Under the pieces are notes generated by a model. That model was not told the origin of the DNA and did not search any database. It was given only the letters and a program-made list of their open reading frames with translations. A DNA stretch of 36,558 nt from Octopus bimaculoides. Its lineage: Eukaryota. Positions within the stretch are counted from its first letter, which is position 1; each line of letters starts with the position of its first letter. Location of the stretch: NCBI RefSeq assembly GCF_001194135.2, contig NC_068984.1:68442783-68479340 (forward strand), given 5' to 3'. Below are positions 11,461 to 23,213 of this stretch, piece by piece. A program made the translations under genes and the position numbers.

Positions 11461-12244
11461 ATATATATATATATATATATATTTAGAAATCTATGTGTGT
11501 GTATCTACATCTATCTTCATTTATAGTTTTGGACTCTGTTCACCCAAAGACATGGAAATCTTATTAATGCTCAGCGATATTAAAACAATACTTTTTAGAA
11601 TATACGTAACATTCAGCAATGAACAGCTGGTAATGATGTGTTGAAACAACTGTAGTGATATGTAATAAAGCAAATTCAATCCATCTTCTTGTATTAATAT
11701 TCTTATGCACACACACACACACACATACACACAAATACACAACACACACACACAACACACACACACACACACACACACAACATACGCACAACGTACATGA
11801 TATATTTAGAAAATGGGTGTAGACAGAATTTTAGATAATTATCTAATTAGAATTTTCATTCCTGATGATTCTCTGAAATGAGATGAAAGCACTAAATACA
11901 ATTATCCAAAATTCTGACTACCTCCATTTACTTAGAAATTTATACTTGTGCGTACACACACACACACACAATATATATATATACATATGTATGTATGCAG
12001 CAAGTTTCTCTTCTACCCACCGCCTCCAGTGTTATCAAAAGGAAAGGCATAGCTTGGCAACAGATGCACCACAATCAAACTTGAATTGCAAAGAGCAAGA
12101 GCAAAGACTGCAAGATTTTTTTTTTTTTAAATCTATAACAATTTCAGTAGTCCTCACTGACCGATCACAGAGAGATGAAAAGCAAATTGGTCTTCAATGA
12201 GATTTGATTTCAGAATGCAAAGAGCCAAACCAAATACTCTAAAA

Positions 12245-12531
12245 CAATGGTTCTTAAAGTGGACGGTACTACCCCCCCTGGGTGTGGTGGAAAGATCCAG
12301 CAGGGCGTTGAAGAAGAATGGGGTGATAATGGGGTGATCAAAACAGGGCAATGGATATAAAAAAAGGTCAAACAAAAAGGGTTAATTAGGTTAAGTTTTA
12401 TTTGTGAAATACTGTTGCTTTAAATTTACTGCAGAAAATGGTTTATGTGTGTGATGGTGAGTGGGGAGGGTACTAGGAATGTGACCTTAGAACCAAGGGG
12501 GTGGCAACCTGAAAAAGTTTGGGAACCACTG
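12245..12531. mobile_element. hAT/Charlie-type MITE
   Basis: The ends caatggttcttaaa ... tttgggaaccactg are Charlie-like TIRs. The 8-bp flanks ctctaaaa (12237-12244) and ctctaaag (12532-12539) fit an NTCTAGAN-type TSD. Confidence 0.8.
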
Positions 12532-12787
12532 CTCTAAAGCCTTTTGCTTGAAGTCTCTGAAGATTCTGCTGAGTCTTTGTTTTCACAAATACCTTGGATA
12601 GACTGCAGTGATACAGAGGCATCATAGTTGACAAGAGCAAGAGCTGATGGTGCCAATGGCAGAGGGTGTCCAAAAAGTGTACAGAACGAATGTGAGCTGA
12701 TGCTTGCAATGTGTTGTTGATTGTGGCTAAAAAGTCTACTTTAAGGTGCAGTCTAGAATAATGGTGTAGAGCACAATCAGCTGTCTA

Positions 12788-12815
12788 CAGTCGTGGCCAA
12801 AAGTTGGGAATATTG
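12788..12815 (+). mobile_element. Solitary Tc1-like terminal repeat
   Basis: TA|cagtcgtggccaaaagtt is a typical Tc1 end. I did not find a partner end. Confidence 0.35.
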
Positions 12816-13998
12816 TATTAAAATTCGAAATTGTTATACCCACCATATTACTTTAAGTAGTAATAATATATTGCAACTTAAATATAACTTTGGGCATTTA
12901 ATATAAAAATTCTATTTCAGTTTGGTTAAATATCATCAGTGTATTAGTACTAAAGTATTTTATGCCATTGAAACTGAAAATAAGATACATCATTGACCAT
13001 TTTTGTGATTAAATAAGCAATTATTACAGATCACGAGGCCAGTTTTAACCATTTTATTGTGGAAATCAGATATATCTATTCAAAATTTCATTACCCTTAA
13101 CTGTAGAAAGCAGTTTTGTATACCAGTTTATGTTTTATCAAGGAATGTCATGCTTAAAACAACTTTTTGTTGAGATGTGTCAAGTTTACTGAGGTAATGA
13201 GACTTGCAGAAAAAAACCAGCTCTGATTTTTGGTAGATATTTTACATCATTATTAGAATAGTCATGAAATTTAATTCCACAGTTGTGGGTAAATATCTTT
13301 GAGGATATTAGTTGTCTGTTGTTAATGTATGGTTAGGCTGTGATAATAAGACTGGTTTTTAGATAGGGAATTTTTGCTCAGTGTCTAGGATACATGTAGA
13401 TGATTGACTTGAGTAGAGCCTTAACAATTAGTGAAGTGTGGAATTTTCTCCTTAGAAGTGTTTAATGTTAGAAGTAGGACCATGTAAGTAATTTAATGTA
13501 CAAAATAATAAAAATTCTTCAGACATAGCTGAACATTGGTGCAAGTCACAATTCATCAAAAGATTGTGGGATACTGTGATTCATACTTGAAAAATGTCAC
13601 AATGAGGAGTTACTGTGATAGAAATCTGCGATCTCAGATGTTACAAGGGGATGACGTCCATTGGAGGGAAACTGAATTTTGTGTTCTCCAGCAACATGTT
13701 GTCGAAAAATTACTAGTTTTATTGTTAAAAAATAAAAATAAGCTTCAAGAGCACAGACAATCACTGGTATGTGGCATATGAGAGTTTATTTATTATAGAT
13801 TTGGTGCTGAAGACACACTTTTCTCAGTCATTGAGAAAGGAAAGAGAGATGTAAATCAATAAAAGAGATGGTTATTTATGATTCTCTTTATCAGTTTTGA
13901 GATGTTAGATGTGATAGGTTAATAGGTGTCAAGGTCACAGATATTTCCCTTACAGAGAATAGAGCAGAATCTAATGTTTTTGCATAGTTTGGGATAAA

Positions 13999-14012
13999 TC
14001 TCTCTCTCTCTC

Positions 14013-14065
<53 letters not shown>

Positions 14066-14076
14066 CGAGAGAGAGA
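13999..14076. repeat. (TC)n abutting (GA)n microsatellite
   Basis: tctctctctctctc-ta-gagagaga... is directly visible. Confidence 0.95.
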
Positions 14077-14404
14077 ACAGTTGAAGTGTTTGGCATAGAT
14101 AGAAGCCAATTCTTGAAAGCTTATTAATGTGTATGTGTATGTATGTATGTACGTGTGCATTTATATATATATACACACACACATATATATATATATATGC
14201 ACACACACACACATACATATAAACACATGTATATATACACACACACACACACACATGCACAGATATCATTGTATGCTTAATGTATATATACATGAGTATA
14301 TCTACATAAGTACACACATATATGCATGTGTATATATATGCTCACACAAATGAGAATATGTATATATCTTAGATTTATATATTAAAATACATGTATTTAT
14401 GTAT

Positions 14405-14482
14405 GCATCATCATCTTCACCATCATCATCAGCAGCAGCAGCAACACCACCACCACCACCATCATCATAATAATAATAATAA
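14405..14482. repeat. Compound trinucleotide tract (CAT/CAG/CAC/AAT)
   Basis: Directly visible. Confidence 0.9.
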
Positions 14483-14514
14483 TGAGTCCAAAGACTACAT
14501 TTTGCTTCAGAGTT

Positions 14515-14600
14515 AGCTTTAGCATGGTTTCCATGGCTGGATAACTTTCCTAATGCCAACCATTTTACAACTCATACCTGGTGCTTATTCATGTCACCAG
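14515..14600 (-). mobile_element. SINE/LINE fragment with RTE-type 3' tail
   Basis: Its reverse complement, ggttggcattaggaaagttatccagccatggaaac, resembles the RTE 3' tail motif ggttggcgttaggaagggcatccagc. Confidence 0.55.
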
Positions 14601-14877
14601 AAATAGTGATGTTACCATGCTTCTTACAAGACTATGAATTCCAAGGGCTGCAACTTTATATCAGCTGATTAGGAGTTTAAGTATGATAGAAGAGGCCAGA
14701 ATAGAATGGATTTCTCACAGTAGACTCACGTTTAGAAGAGAAGGAGAATGAGATTGGGTGGAACTGGAAAGCGATAGAAGTTGTGGTAATGAGGGTATCT
14801 GGGTGAAACCTTCAGTTTTGAGGTGAGTGCAGGCAAAAACTCCAGGAGTTTGGGTGGGTGGAGGCTGGAAGAATGTA

Positions 14878-15146
14878 CGCACACCTTCATATTGGGATCA
14901 CCACTACTTTATTATCTCCCCTTCTTCCTAGTTCTCCTGTGTGAGCCCTCCGTCCGGCATTCCCCATGATAGATCAATAGCCACTACACATCCTTTAGTT
15001 TCTCTCCCTGTTTCTTTCTGCATTACTTTCTGTGGAAGAGCATAAGATCGAAACGTTAAAGACTTTTTCACTTCCCCAGCATTAAACTAATACATCTGTT
15101 TGTTGTCTATACCACCTGACCTTGTCGTTTTTTGTGTGAAATCTCC

Positions 15147-15149
<3 letters not shown>
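14878..15149 (+). mobile_element. Penelope-type 3' terminal repeat (pLTR-like) with a hammerhead-like motif
   Basis: Collinear with 31631-31887. It contains ctgtggaagagcataagatcgaaacgtt and ends tctccct(g) directly against (TA)n. The PLE assignment rests on the CUG..GA-A-stem-CGAAACG motif typical of PLE termini. Confidence 0.6.
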
Positions 15150-15190
<41 letters not shown>

Positions 15191-15690
15191 NNNNNNNNNN
15201 NNNNNNNNNNNNNNNNNNNNNNNNNNNNNNNNNNNNNNNNNNNNNNNNNNNNNNNNNNNNNNNNNNNNNNNNNNNNNNNNNNNNNNNNNNNNNNNNNNNN
15301 NNNNNNNNNNNNNNNNNNNNNNNNNNNNNNNNNNNNNNNNNNNNNNNNNNNNNNNNNNNNNNNNNNNNNNNNNNNNNNNNNNNNNNNNNNNNNNNNNNNN
15401 NNNNNNNNNNNNNNNNNNNNNNNNNNNNNNNNNNNNNNNNNNNNNNNNNNNNNNNNNNNNNNNNNNNNNNNNNNNNNNNNNNNNNNNNNNNNNNNNNNNN
15501 NNNNNNNNNNNNNNNNNNNNNNNNNNNNNNNNNNNNNNNNNNNNNNNNNNNNNNNNNNNNNNNNNNNNNNNNNNNNNNNNNNNNNNNNNNNNNNNNNNNN
15601 NNNNNNNNNNNNNNNNNNNNNNNNNNNNNNNNNNNNNNNNNNNNNNNNNNNNNNNNNNNNNNNNNNNNNNNNNNNNNNNNNNNNNNNNNN

Positions 15691-15787
<97 letters not shown>

Positions 15788-16552
15788 ACATATTTATATA
15801 TACACATATGCACATGCTCAAACATATTTATGTAAGTATAAATACACTTACACAAACACACACATTTCTTAATATGAAACGCAATAACTGGAATGGTAAT
15901 TATCGAACATAATTCTCTGTGGCTACTTTTGAAGAATAAAGAGTCTATTGACAAAAGTGTTGTCATTTTTCTCTGATCTTGAAAGCAAAAGATATAAGAG
16001 AATTAATTAGAGCATGATAAAGAGAAGTTGCGATATGTACTTAAATGAAAAGAAGAATCTTGGCAAAACCTCCATTGTTTCCCAGTAAAGCCTTTAAGAT
16101 ATTCTAACTGAACATTGCTTTCAATCTATTATACTATTAAGTTTAATTTCAGAATGGTGTATTCAAGGTCAGTTGTTGGTTCTTTTGTGTTGCTTACTCT
16201 TTTATTCGTTTGCTTTTATTATTTTAGTTTCTTTCTCAGATATTTTTCAAACAATGGTATCTACTTTATTTCATATTAATTTTAGATTTATGGAGTAATT
16301 AATATGTTTGTGTGTGTGGGAGGTTGGTGTGTGTGTGTGTGTGGTGGGGTTAATGTGCGTGTATGTATACACACACATATATGTTAGTAAATATATGGAT
16401 ACATGCTTACATTTACAAACTCTTATCTACCTATATGCATATATATATATATGTATATGTATATACATGCACACATACATACACACTCACACACACACAT
16501 ATATATATACAAACATATACATATAAACATATATATATATATATATAAGTAC

Positions 16553-16664
16553 ATATATCTATGTATATGCAGATCCACAAATGCACAGATGTATATATAT
16601 TTAAATATATATATCTATGTATATGCAGATCCACAAATGCACAGACGTATATATATTTAAATAT
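16553..16664. repeat. 56-bp tandem duplication inside a TA-rich tract
   Basis: atatatctatgtatatgcagatccacaaatgcacaga(t/c)gtatatatatttaaatat occurs twice. Confidence 0.9.
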
Positions 16665-16769
16665 ATATATGTAGATATGTAGATATGTGTGTGCATGCAC
16701 ATATGTATGAATACATTACTATTATTATTATTGTTGTTGTTGTTGTTATTATTGAATTACAGAACATCA

Positions 16770-16980
16770 GCTCATGATTAGAGATGCACATATCGTCGGC
16801 CACCAAGGGACATGCTCATCTGGTTAAGGTCAAACAAGTGACAAGCAAATCTGTGGTATTGAGCAGAATATTTGCTGTAGCCCATCTTTTATACCAAGAC
16901 AAAACAATGTACATGATAACACTTCCAATCATTTAAAATCAGAAGTCATGAGAGTCAGTTCCTGGTATTGCATTGAGGTA
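16770..16980. mobile_element. Interspersed repeat fragment, family unassigned (possibly a LINE 3' UTR)
   Basis: Complex sequence between trinucleotide tracts, recognised from memory as an abundant octopod repeat. There is no second copy in the window to confirm this. Confidence 0.35.
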
Positions 16981-17098
16981 GTAGTAGTAGTAGTAGTAAT
17001 AGTATCATCATCATCATCATCATCGTCCTCTTCCTCCTCCTCCTCATCATCATTATTAATACATAAATGTGTATGTGTGTGTATTTGTGTGTACATAT

Positions 17099-18213
17099 TC
17101 ATTCAATATATTGGGGAGGATGGTCAACTTACTGATCAGATAGATCTGATGGCAGAATCCACTCCTGCTTCACAATGTTCATCACTACTGTGACCACTCC
17201 AGAAGAAGATCTAACAGGTTTTGACTGGCATCAGCTGACCTTTGTGCGCAAGCCTGGTCTTGCTCAGAACTGCAATGTGGATGTTGTACCTGCCAAATTC
17301 TCCTGTGACAAATACTGTCCATCTCAGGTTTGTTTGCTTTGAAGCTGTGTCCATGAGCATTTGCACATTCCATGTGCCAATGGTGAGCAATGTCACTGAT
17401 GTTTTCGTCTTGGTTTTTCTACTGCATAATTTGGATCTTCACCTCCTGCAGCCCAGGGTGAGGTGAAGCAGGCTATGCTTAGGGCACTTTTACTAGCTTC
17501 TTCCTCAGCCCATAGAGGTGATCAAAACAATCCTAAAAAGGTATACTCAGACACCCGGGGCCTGCTGAGCTCCACTGCTGCTTAGGTCAGTGGGAAATGA
17601 TCCTATAGTTTGGACCACCTGTGTGTAGGTTTCTCACTACAGCTTTCAGTACATCCATACCTGCTACTCTGTCATTCGTTCATTGCCACAGGACTTGAAG
17701 TGAGTCTAAGATGGTGTGATGATTTAACTTGTGCATGACTTCAATTAAAGTGAGAAAGGGTTGTGCAACATCATCTAATTCCAATCTAATTTGAGTGATA
17801 GGATGAAGTCAAGACAACTAGAGATAAGTTGAGATGCTGTGGATGGATGCAGTGTCCTTTGTGTCTCACTGTGCCTTGTTCATACTCCACAATGCTTGCT
17901 GGTCCGCTCCATATCCATTGAACCAATCTGGTGGTTTCCTCCAAACACTCCACAAGGTCCAGTCTTCATATGCATAGGTAAACAAGCCCTAGCTCACTGA
18001 ATGTTTGAAAGCCATTGGCTAAGCTCACCATGATTTAGTCAGCCTGTGGAAGCCATTGCCTAGCGTGCAGCTGCTGTTGCATACAGACAGCTTAAGGAGC
18101 CACAGGTGAGAGCTGGGTGTCAGGTGAAGACCAAAGTGGAAGATAAACTACACCAAAGACCACAACATGTTTCCCCATCAGTGGTACTAGCATATCCAGA
18201 TACCCCATGCACC
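17099..18213 (-). mobile_element. RTE/BovB-type LINE: 5' UTR plus APE endonuclease N-terminus, 3'-truncated
   Basis: Minus-strand MTLLTIGTWNVQMLMD...GEFGRYNIHIAVLSKTRL, then FWSG...EAGVDSAI...LISKLTILP, matches BovB GAWNVRTL..ELGRY...AALSETR...FFWSG..EAGVGFAI. The upstream sequence (ccactttggtc..cacctgacacccagctctcacctgtggctcc) resembles BovB-like 5' UTRs. Confidence 0.8.
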
Positions 18214-18609
18214 TAAGATACAGAAGTCCTCTCTCAAGCTGATCTGCCAACCACTTACACACTGCTGAGGAGAGCACAAATCAGGTGAGCATGCAACTTA
18301 TTTGAATACCTGAAACTTGGCTCCCTAGAAACTGTTTTAAAGTGAACTGGCAGGGTACATTGGGCACTGTAAGCAAAAATATAGACAAATGGTTGAAGGA
18401 GATTGGAATAGAATGCCTTGTTGAGCTTCTACAACAACTTTGCCTCTTAGTGACAAGAAAGATTATCAGGAGGATCTTAAGCATTTGAAAGACTATTGTA
18501 AGATTGTGGACACCTATAGTTACAGGTAGTAACCCACTACCCACATAAACTCTACGAGGAATAAGAATGAACCTGAGTCAAATCAATAATAATAATAATA
18601 ATAATAAAA

Positions 18610-19000
18610 CTCTTTACTCTTTTACTCTTTTACTTGTTTCAGTCATTTGACTGTGGCCATGCTGGAGCACCACCTTTAATCAAGCAAATCGACCCCAGGA
18701 CTTATTCTATATAAGCCTAGTACTTATTCTATCGGTCTCTTTTGCCGAACCGCTAAGTTACGGGGACGTTGTCAAGCGATGTTGGGGGGACAAACACAAA
18801 CACACACACACACACACACATATATATACATATATACGACAGGCTTCTTTCAGTTTCCGTCTACCAAATCCACTCACAAGGCTTTGGTCGGCCTGAGGTT
18901 CTAGTAGAAGACACTTGCCCAAGGTGCCACACATTGGGACTGAACCCAGAACCATGTGGTTGGTAAGCAAGCTACTTACCGCACAGCCACTCTTATGCCT
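18610..19000 (-). mobile_element. tRNA-derived SINE, young near-full-length copy
   Basis: The minus strand has an A-box-like tggctgtgcggt, a B-box-like ggttcagtccc, an internal TG/TA tract and a (GAGTAAAA)n tail. CpGs are well preserved. Confidence 0.9.
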
Positions 19001-19073
19001 ATAACAATAATAATAATAATAATANNNNNNNNNNTAAGCAAGCTACTTACCGCACAGCCACTCTTATGCCTAT

Positions 19074-19119
<46 letters not shown>

Positions 19120-19127
19120 CCAACAAC

Positions 19128-19163
<36 letters not shown>

Positions 19164-19743
19164 AATAATTTGTAAATGAATTCATGAACAGAAAACGTGT
19201 ACTGAATATATTATGTAGCCTGAATATATTTAGTACAATAAAGTAGATAAATATTACCTCTGCTCCCTGGCTTTAAGTTTCATGCTGAATAGAGCAGTTT
19301 TCAGAGGATCTAGGCTGAAAGTAGGCTTTCTTTCAAATGGCAGTTTTATTCTCAGTATTCTTTATGTGTGACAGCATGTTGTCAGGTTTCATTTGGGCTT
19401 GGAAATAGTAAAATATCAGTGTAGGAGCATGTATGTAGCAGGTTTATTCGCATACATGCTCATATATACATGCAGAAAAACACATGTAGAATTTCATACT
19501 CATACACACATTGTATATGTTTATGTGTGTGTGTCAGTGAATGTATATATATATATCTACACAGAAATATTGTACCTTTTACGATCATGTTTATAGGCTA
19601 TTTTCCCCTTGTGATATAAAGAAAGGGCAGGAATTTTGTAGATAGTTTATTATACAGCATGACATGCTGTGTGATATTTGATTTTAGTGATATCAGATGC
19701 ATGGGAGAAAGTGTGAAATGTCAATGACAAATAAGCTGTGATA

Positions 19744-19945
19744 TTTTAGCATTCAAACTAGCTATATCCAACCTAAATACTCTGCCTGTTTTAAGTCCAA
19801 ACTGGTCAAATTTGGCCTCTCACACCTACCCTACAATGTCACTATAAAAATAAGGAAAGACATCATCAAAATCTTGAAGCTCTGAGATAATACATGATTA
19901 ACTCAAAACGATATGAATAATTAATCATCATGTTTAACAGAGTTA
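19744..19945. mobile_element. Eroded TTAA-type (piggyBac-like) MITE
   Basis: tttagcattcaaac...ggcctctcacacctaccctacaatgtca...catgattaactcaaaac, recognised from memory as a common octopod MITE with ttaaccctttagcatt ends. The termini are eroded here. Confidence 0.45.
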
Positions 19946-19969
19946 AAGCATGAGATAGCATTTCAAAAT

Positions 19970-20750
19970 GCTGTGTTGTATTACAATAATGCATTAACGA
20001 AAAGTGGATTTTCAGAGAAGATCCAGTTTAGTCAAGTTAATTCTAGCAATAATAGGCAACATAGGAAAGTTTTGTGGTTTAACTCTGCATTTAATATGAC
20101 CGTAAAAACTAATATAGGTAAGGAATTCTTAAAATTAGTTTCTAAGCATTTTCAATCTAGCCATAAGTTCCAAAGAATATTTAATAGGAGAACGCTGAAT
20201 GTTAGCTATTCTTGTTGCAAAAACTTCACCTCTTTTATTAGGCAGCATAACATAAAAATTATTACAGACAACTACAGTGCCGGATTTAATCTGAGGAACT
20301 GCAACTGCAAAGATGAGACTTGCTGTGCGTAGGAAAGGAAAATGTCTTGAAAAAGGTTTTGTTTATAGAGTCAAAGTGCAAGTAGATGGTTCACAAGAAT
20401 AAACATATACAGGGGCTTCAGAAAACTCATTCAAGTCTTGATTCTATTCCCACAGAAATTCTTTCTGATATCCCAAGAACAGGACAGCAACTAGTCTTGC
20501 AAAGCATGTCTGGGAATTGAAAGAGAATGACACCTGTCCTTTCAATGTAACCTGGAAAATTCTTGTAAAAGCATCAGCATACAGATATGGAGTTTATAAA
20601 AGACCTATGAAATGTAATCTTTGCCTCTCAGAAAAGTTCTTCATCTTGTTCCAGATTAAAAACATTTTGAACCAGAGACACAAACTCTAAAATTCCTGCA
20701 GGCATGCTACAAAATTTAAAATATCAACCAACAAAATACCATATGGGTAA
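19970..20750 (+). pseudogene. Penelope-like linker + GIY-YIG endonuclease pseudogene, 5'-truncated
   Basis: YNNALTKSGF...RKVLWFNSAF...KTNIGKEFLKLVSKHF...IFNRRTLNVSYSC...HN...CNC, then a +1 frameshift at ~20337 into GKCLEKGFVYRV...TYTGASENSFKS...LAKHVWELKE...WKIL...KCNLCLSEK...LN...CRH, ending at the stop 20748-20750. Confidence 0.92.
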
Positions 20751-21174
20751 AATGTTTTGATGTTCAAAATATATTTCTTGACTGTCGTATTTGAATTTTC
20801 CCTTACACAGTATAGTTATTTTGTGTCGCAATGTTAATATATATTGCAACTTCAGTTTTAAGAAAGCCTTTGACTTTTATAAATTTAAATTAAAATTTAA
20901 TCTTAAGTTTAAGCTTTGCCAAGGTTTATATTTTTTATTTTAATTTTTATACTTGCTCATGTATTTAATTATGTTATATCAAATTAATGTACAATTTCCT
21001 TATTTTAATATTATACACACCAAACAGTATTTAAAAAAAATTGTTTGCATATATACGTTATGATGTATTTTTATGTGCCTGCATGTATGTGTGTGTATGT
21101 ATATATATAAATATATNNNNNNNNNNNNNNNNNNNNNNNNNNNNNNNNNACAATATATAATATATAAATATATA

Positions 21175-21467
21175 ATTTAGAGAAAAAAACCACAATTATT
21201 GAATTCATCCATGAAAATCCACAATCACATATAAAAAAATTCAATAAGTAAATACACTAAAAAGACCTATAATAAAAATCAAAAAAGTACAAAGTAATAA
21301 ATATTAAAATCATAAAATAATAAAATAATATTATTTTAATATTTATTATTTTGTACTTTTTTGATTTTTATTGTAGTTCTTTTTAGTGTATTTACTTATT
21401 AAATTTTTCTATATGTGATTGTGGATTTTCATGGATGAATTCAATAATTGTAGTTTTTTCTCTAAAT
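21175..21467. mobile_element. Foldback/MITE-like palindrome embedded in TA-rich sequence
   Basis: Arms 21175-21310 and 21333-21467 are inverted, with 6 substitutions and 1 indel by manual alignment and a 22-nt spacer. Confidence 0.85.
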
Positions 21468-22880
21468 CATATATATATATATATTATATGTATATATATA
21501 CATATATATATATGCATACATATATAAATGTGTATGTATATGTGTGTATACCTTTATATATGTGTGCATGTATTTGCATACATATTTTTGTATATTTGTT
21601 TGCGTATCTATATGTGTATATTTGTATGTATATTTAAACTCAAGTAGATATACATATAATTTTTGTGTGCGTTTTTATGTGTTTATTGCGCAAGCTGTAT
21701 GAAGGATCCAAATGTTGGTGGTTACTTTCGGGCATCATTATGTAGCACTCCCTTCCCCTATCTATCTTTCCCCTTTCTCTCACTAGTTCTCTGTTTCTGT
21801 TTCTTTTTCTTCTTCTCCACGGTTTTCTTCCTCCTCTCCATACTTAATATTCTCTGATTTTTCTTTCCCTTTCTTTCACTTGTAACAGCTAACTTGTACA
21901 AGCATACGCCAGGAGATTTTATGCACGTGCCTATGTGCATATATATATATATATATATATACATATCTTAATATACAAAATGGAGTTTGTGTGTGTGGTG
22001 GGTTGTATGTTCCTTATGGATTTGAAAACTGAGTCGCTGATTTTGACATATGAGATATAAAAAGATTCAGTAATCTTTCGGCTACCAAATAAAGCATGTT
22101 TTTTGCTCAACAACTCTTTTATAGTAGAAAAGTATCCTCGAAAATGAGGTCAGGTTGCTCAATTTTGAAGTCTATAACTAAGAGTGCCAACTCTGCCTGA
22201 ACAATATATGTCTTAGATAGAGCATAATGAAAAAATGTTTAAAATACATGAAATTTTTCCAGTGAATAAAACTTTGAAGATATACCGTCAATTTTATTTA
22301 ATAGATAATCTTTTAATGTCAAGTATGTTTGTCTATGTTTTGTTTAGGTCAGGGTTGCCTCTGATGTAACAGAACAAATGCATAGTTTTTTGCTGAAATA
22401 ATGTAAATTTGTGTCTTTCTTTTGGTGAAAGAGTGTATTTTAAGAGATTTGGCTGTTATTTGTAGTAGCACAAGTTACCACAGAGACACTTCTGTGTTTG
22501 TGTTCCATTGAGGTGAAAAACATTTTTCTCAGGATATTTTGCACAATGATTTTTTAAGAAATCTGGATGCCTTTCTTACTGCTAACAATTCAACTTCAAA
22601 TTACAATTGTTAATTGTTGCAAGTCAAGTAGATTGAGATGTTCATATAGTGTTATCATATAGCCATTAAGTCTTTAAACATTATTTTACTGGGTTTAGTT
22701 TTTCGATTGTAACTATGATGGAATATCACCTTCAAAAATGAAATTGATCATACTGACCTCAGTACATATTTCAATCTGGTGTTTACTTTATAGATCTCTT
22801 CTTGATGAACTGCTAACTTTGAGACATAATGGGACACAATACTCGATTTAACAGCAAATGTAAACACACACACACATATT

Positions 22881-22985
22881 AGGTGTATGAATGATTGTGT
22901 GGTAGAGAAGTTTGCATGGTACCTTCAGCAAGTGTTTTATACTACAACCCTAGGCCAACCACAGACTTGTGACTGAGTTTCGTTG
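22881..22985 (+). mobile_element. Decayed SINE head fragment
   Basis: aggtgtatgaatgattgtgtggtagagaagtttgc...gcaagtgttttatactacaaccctaggccaacc aligns loosely with the SINE at 28328. Confidence 0.5.
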
Positions 22986-23145
22986 ATCGCACCTGGAGTG
23001 TTGTTCATCAGAAAATGACTGAAAAACATGTTTATAAAGAAGAGTTGTTTTCTCCTTGTATGCCGATTCTGCCCATAAGAAAGAAACAAATAATACAATG
23101 TGGCTGTAGGTTATAACAACCAGGCAACACTGGGGTGCATGGCTA

Positions 23146-23213
<68 letters not shown>

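Noticed and set aside
11862-11892. CTGATGA-ttctc...gagat-GAAA hammerhead-like core
   Set aside because: Helix II is plausible, but helix I cannot form and there is no palindromic helix III.
13100-13720. Possible very decayed PLE on the minus strand (KIQF..., faint thumb-like peptides)
   Set aside because: No contiguous diagnostic motif is recoverable by eye. It needs a frameshift-aware profile search.
14680-14875. GC-richer segment next to the PLE terminal repeat, read as an inverted GIY-YIG fragment (5' inversion)
   Set aside because: The minus strand can be forced into either a PLE PG.F.C...VYC pattern or a CR1/L2-like LLLY..VRP pattern only with several frameshifts. It is too ambiguous to call.
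18900-19000. tRNA gene
   Set aside because: The A/B boxes belong to a SINE head that is followed by the SINE body and tail. No complete cloverleaf is present.
20420-20490. In-frame TGA codons in the GIY-YIG region as possible selenocysteine (as reported for some Naiad PLEs)
   Set aside because: They fall where Arg is expected (CGA to TGA CpG decay) and co-occur with TAA stops and a frameshift.
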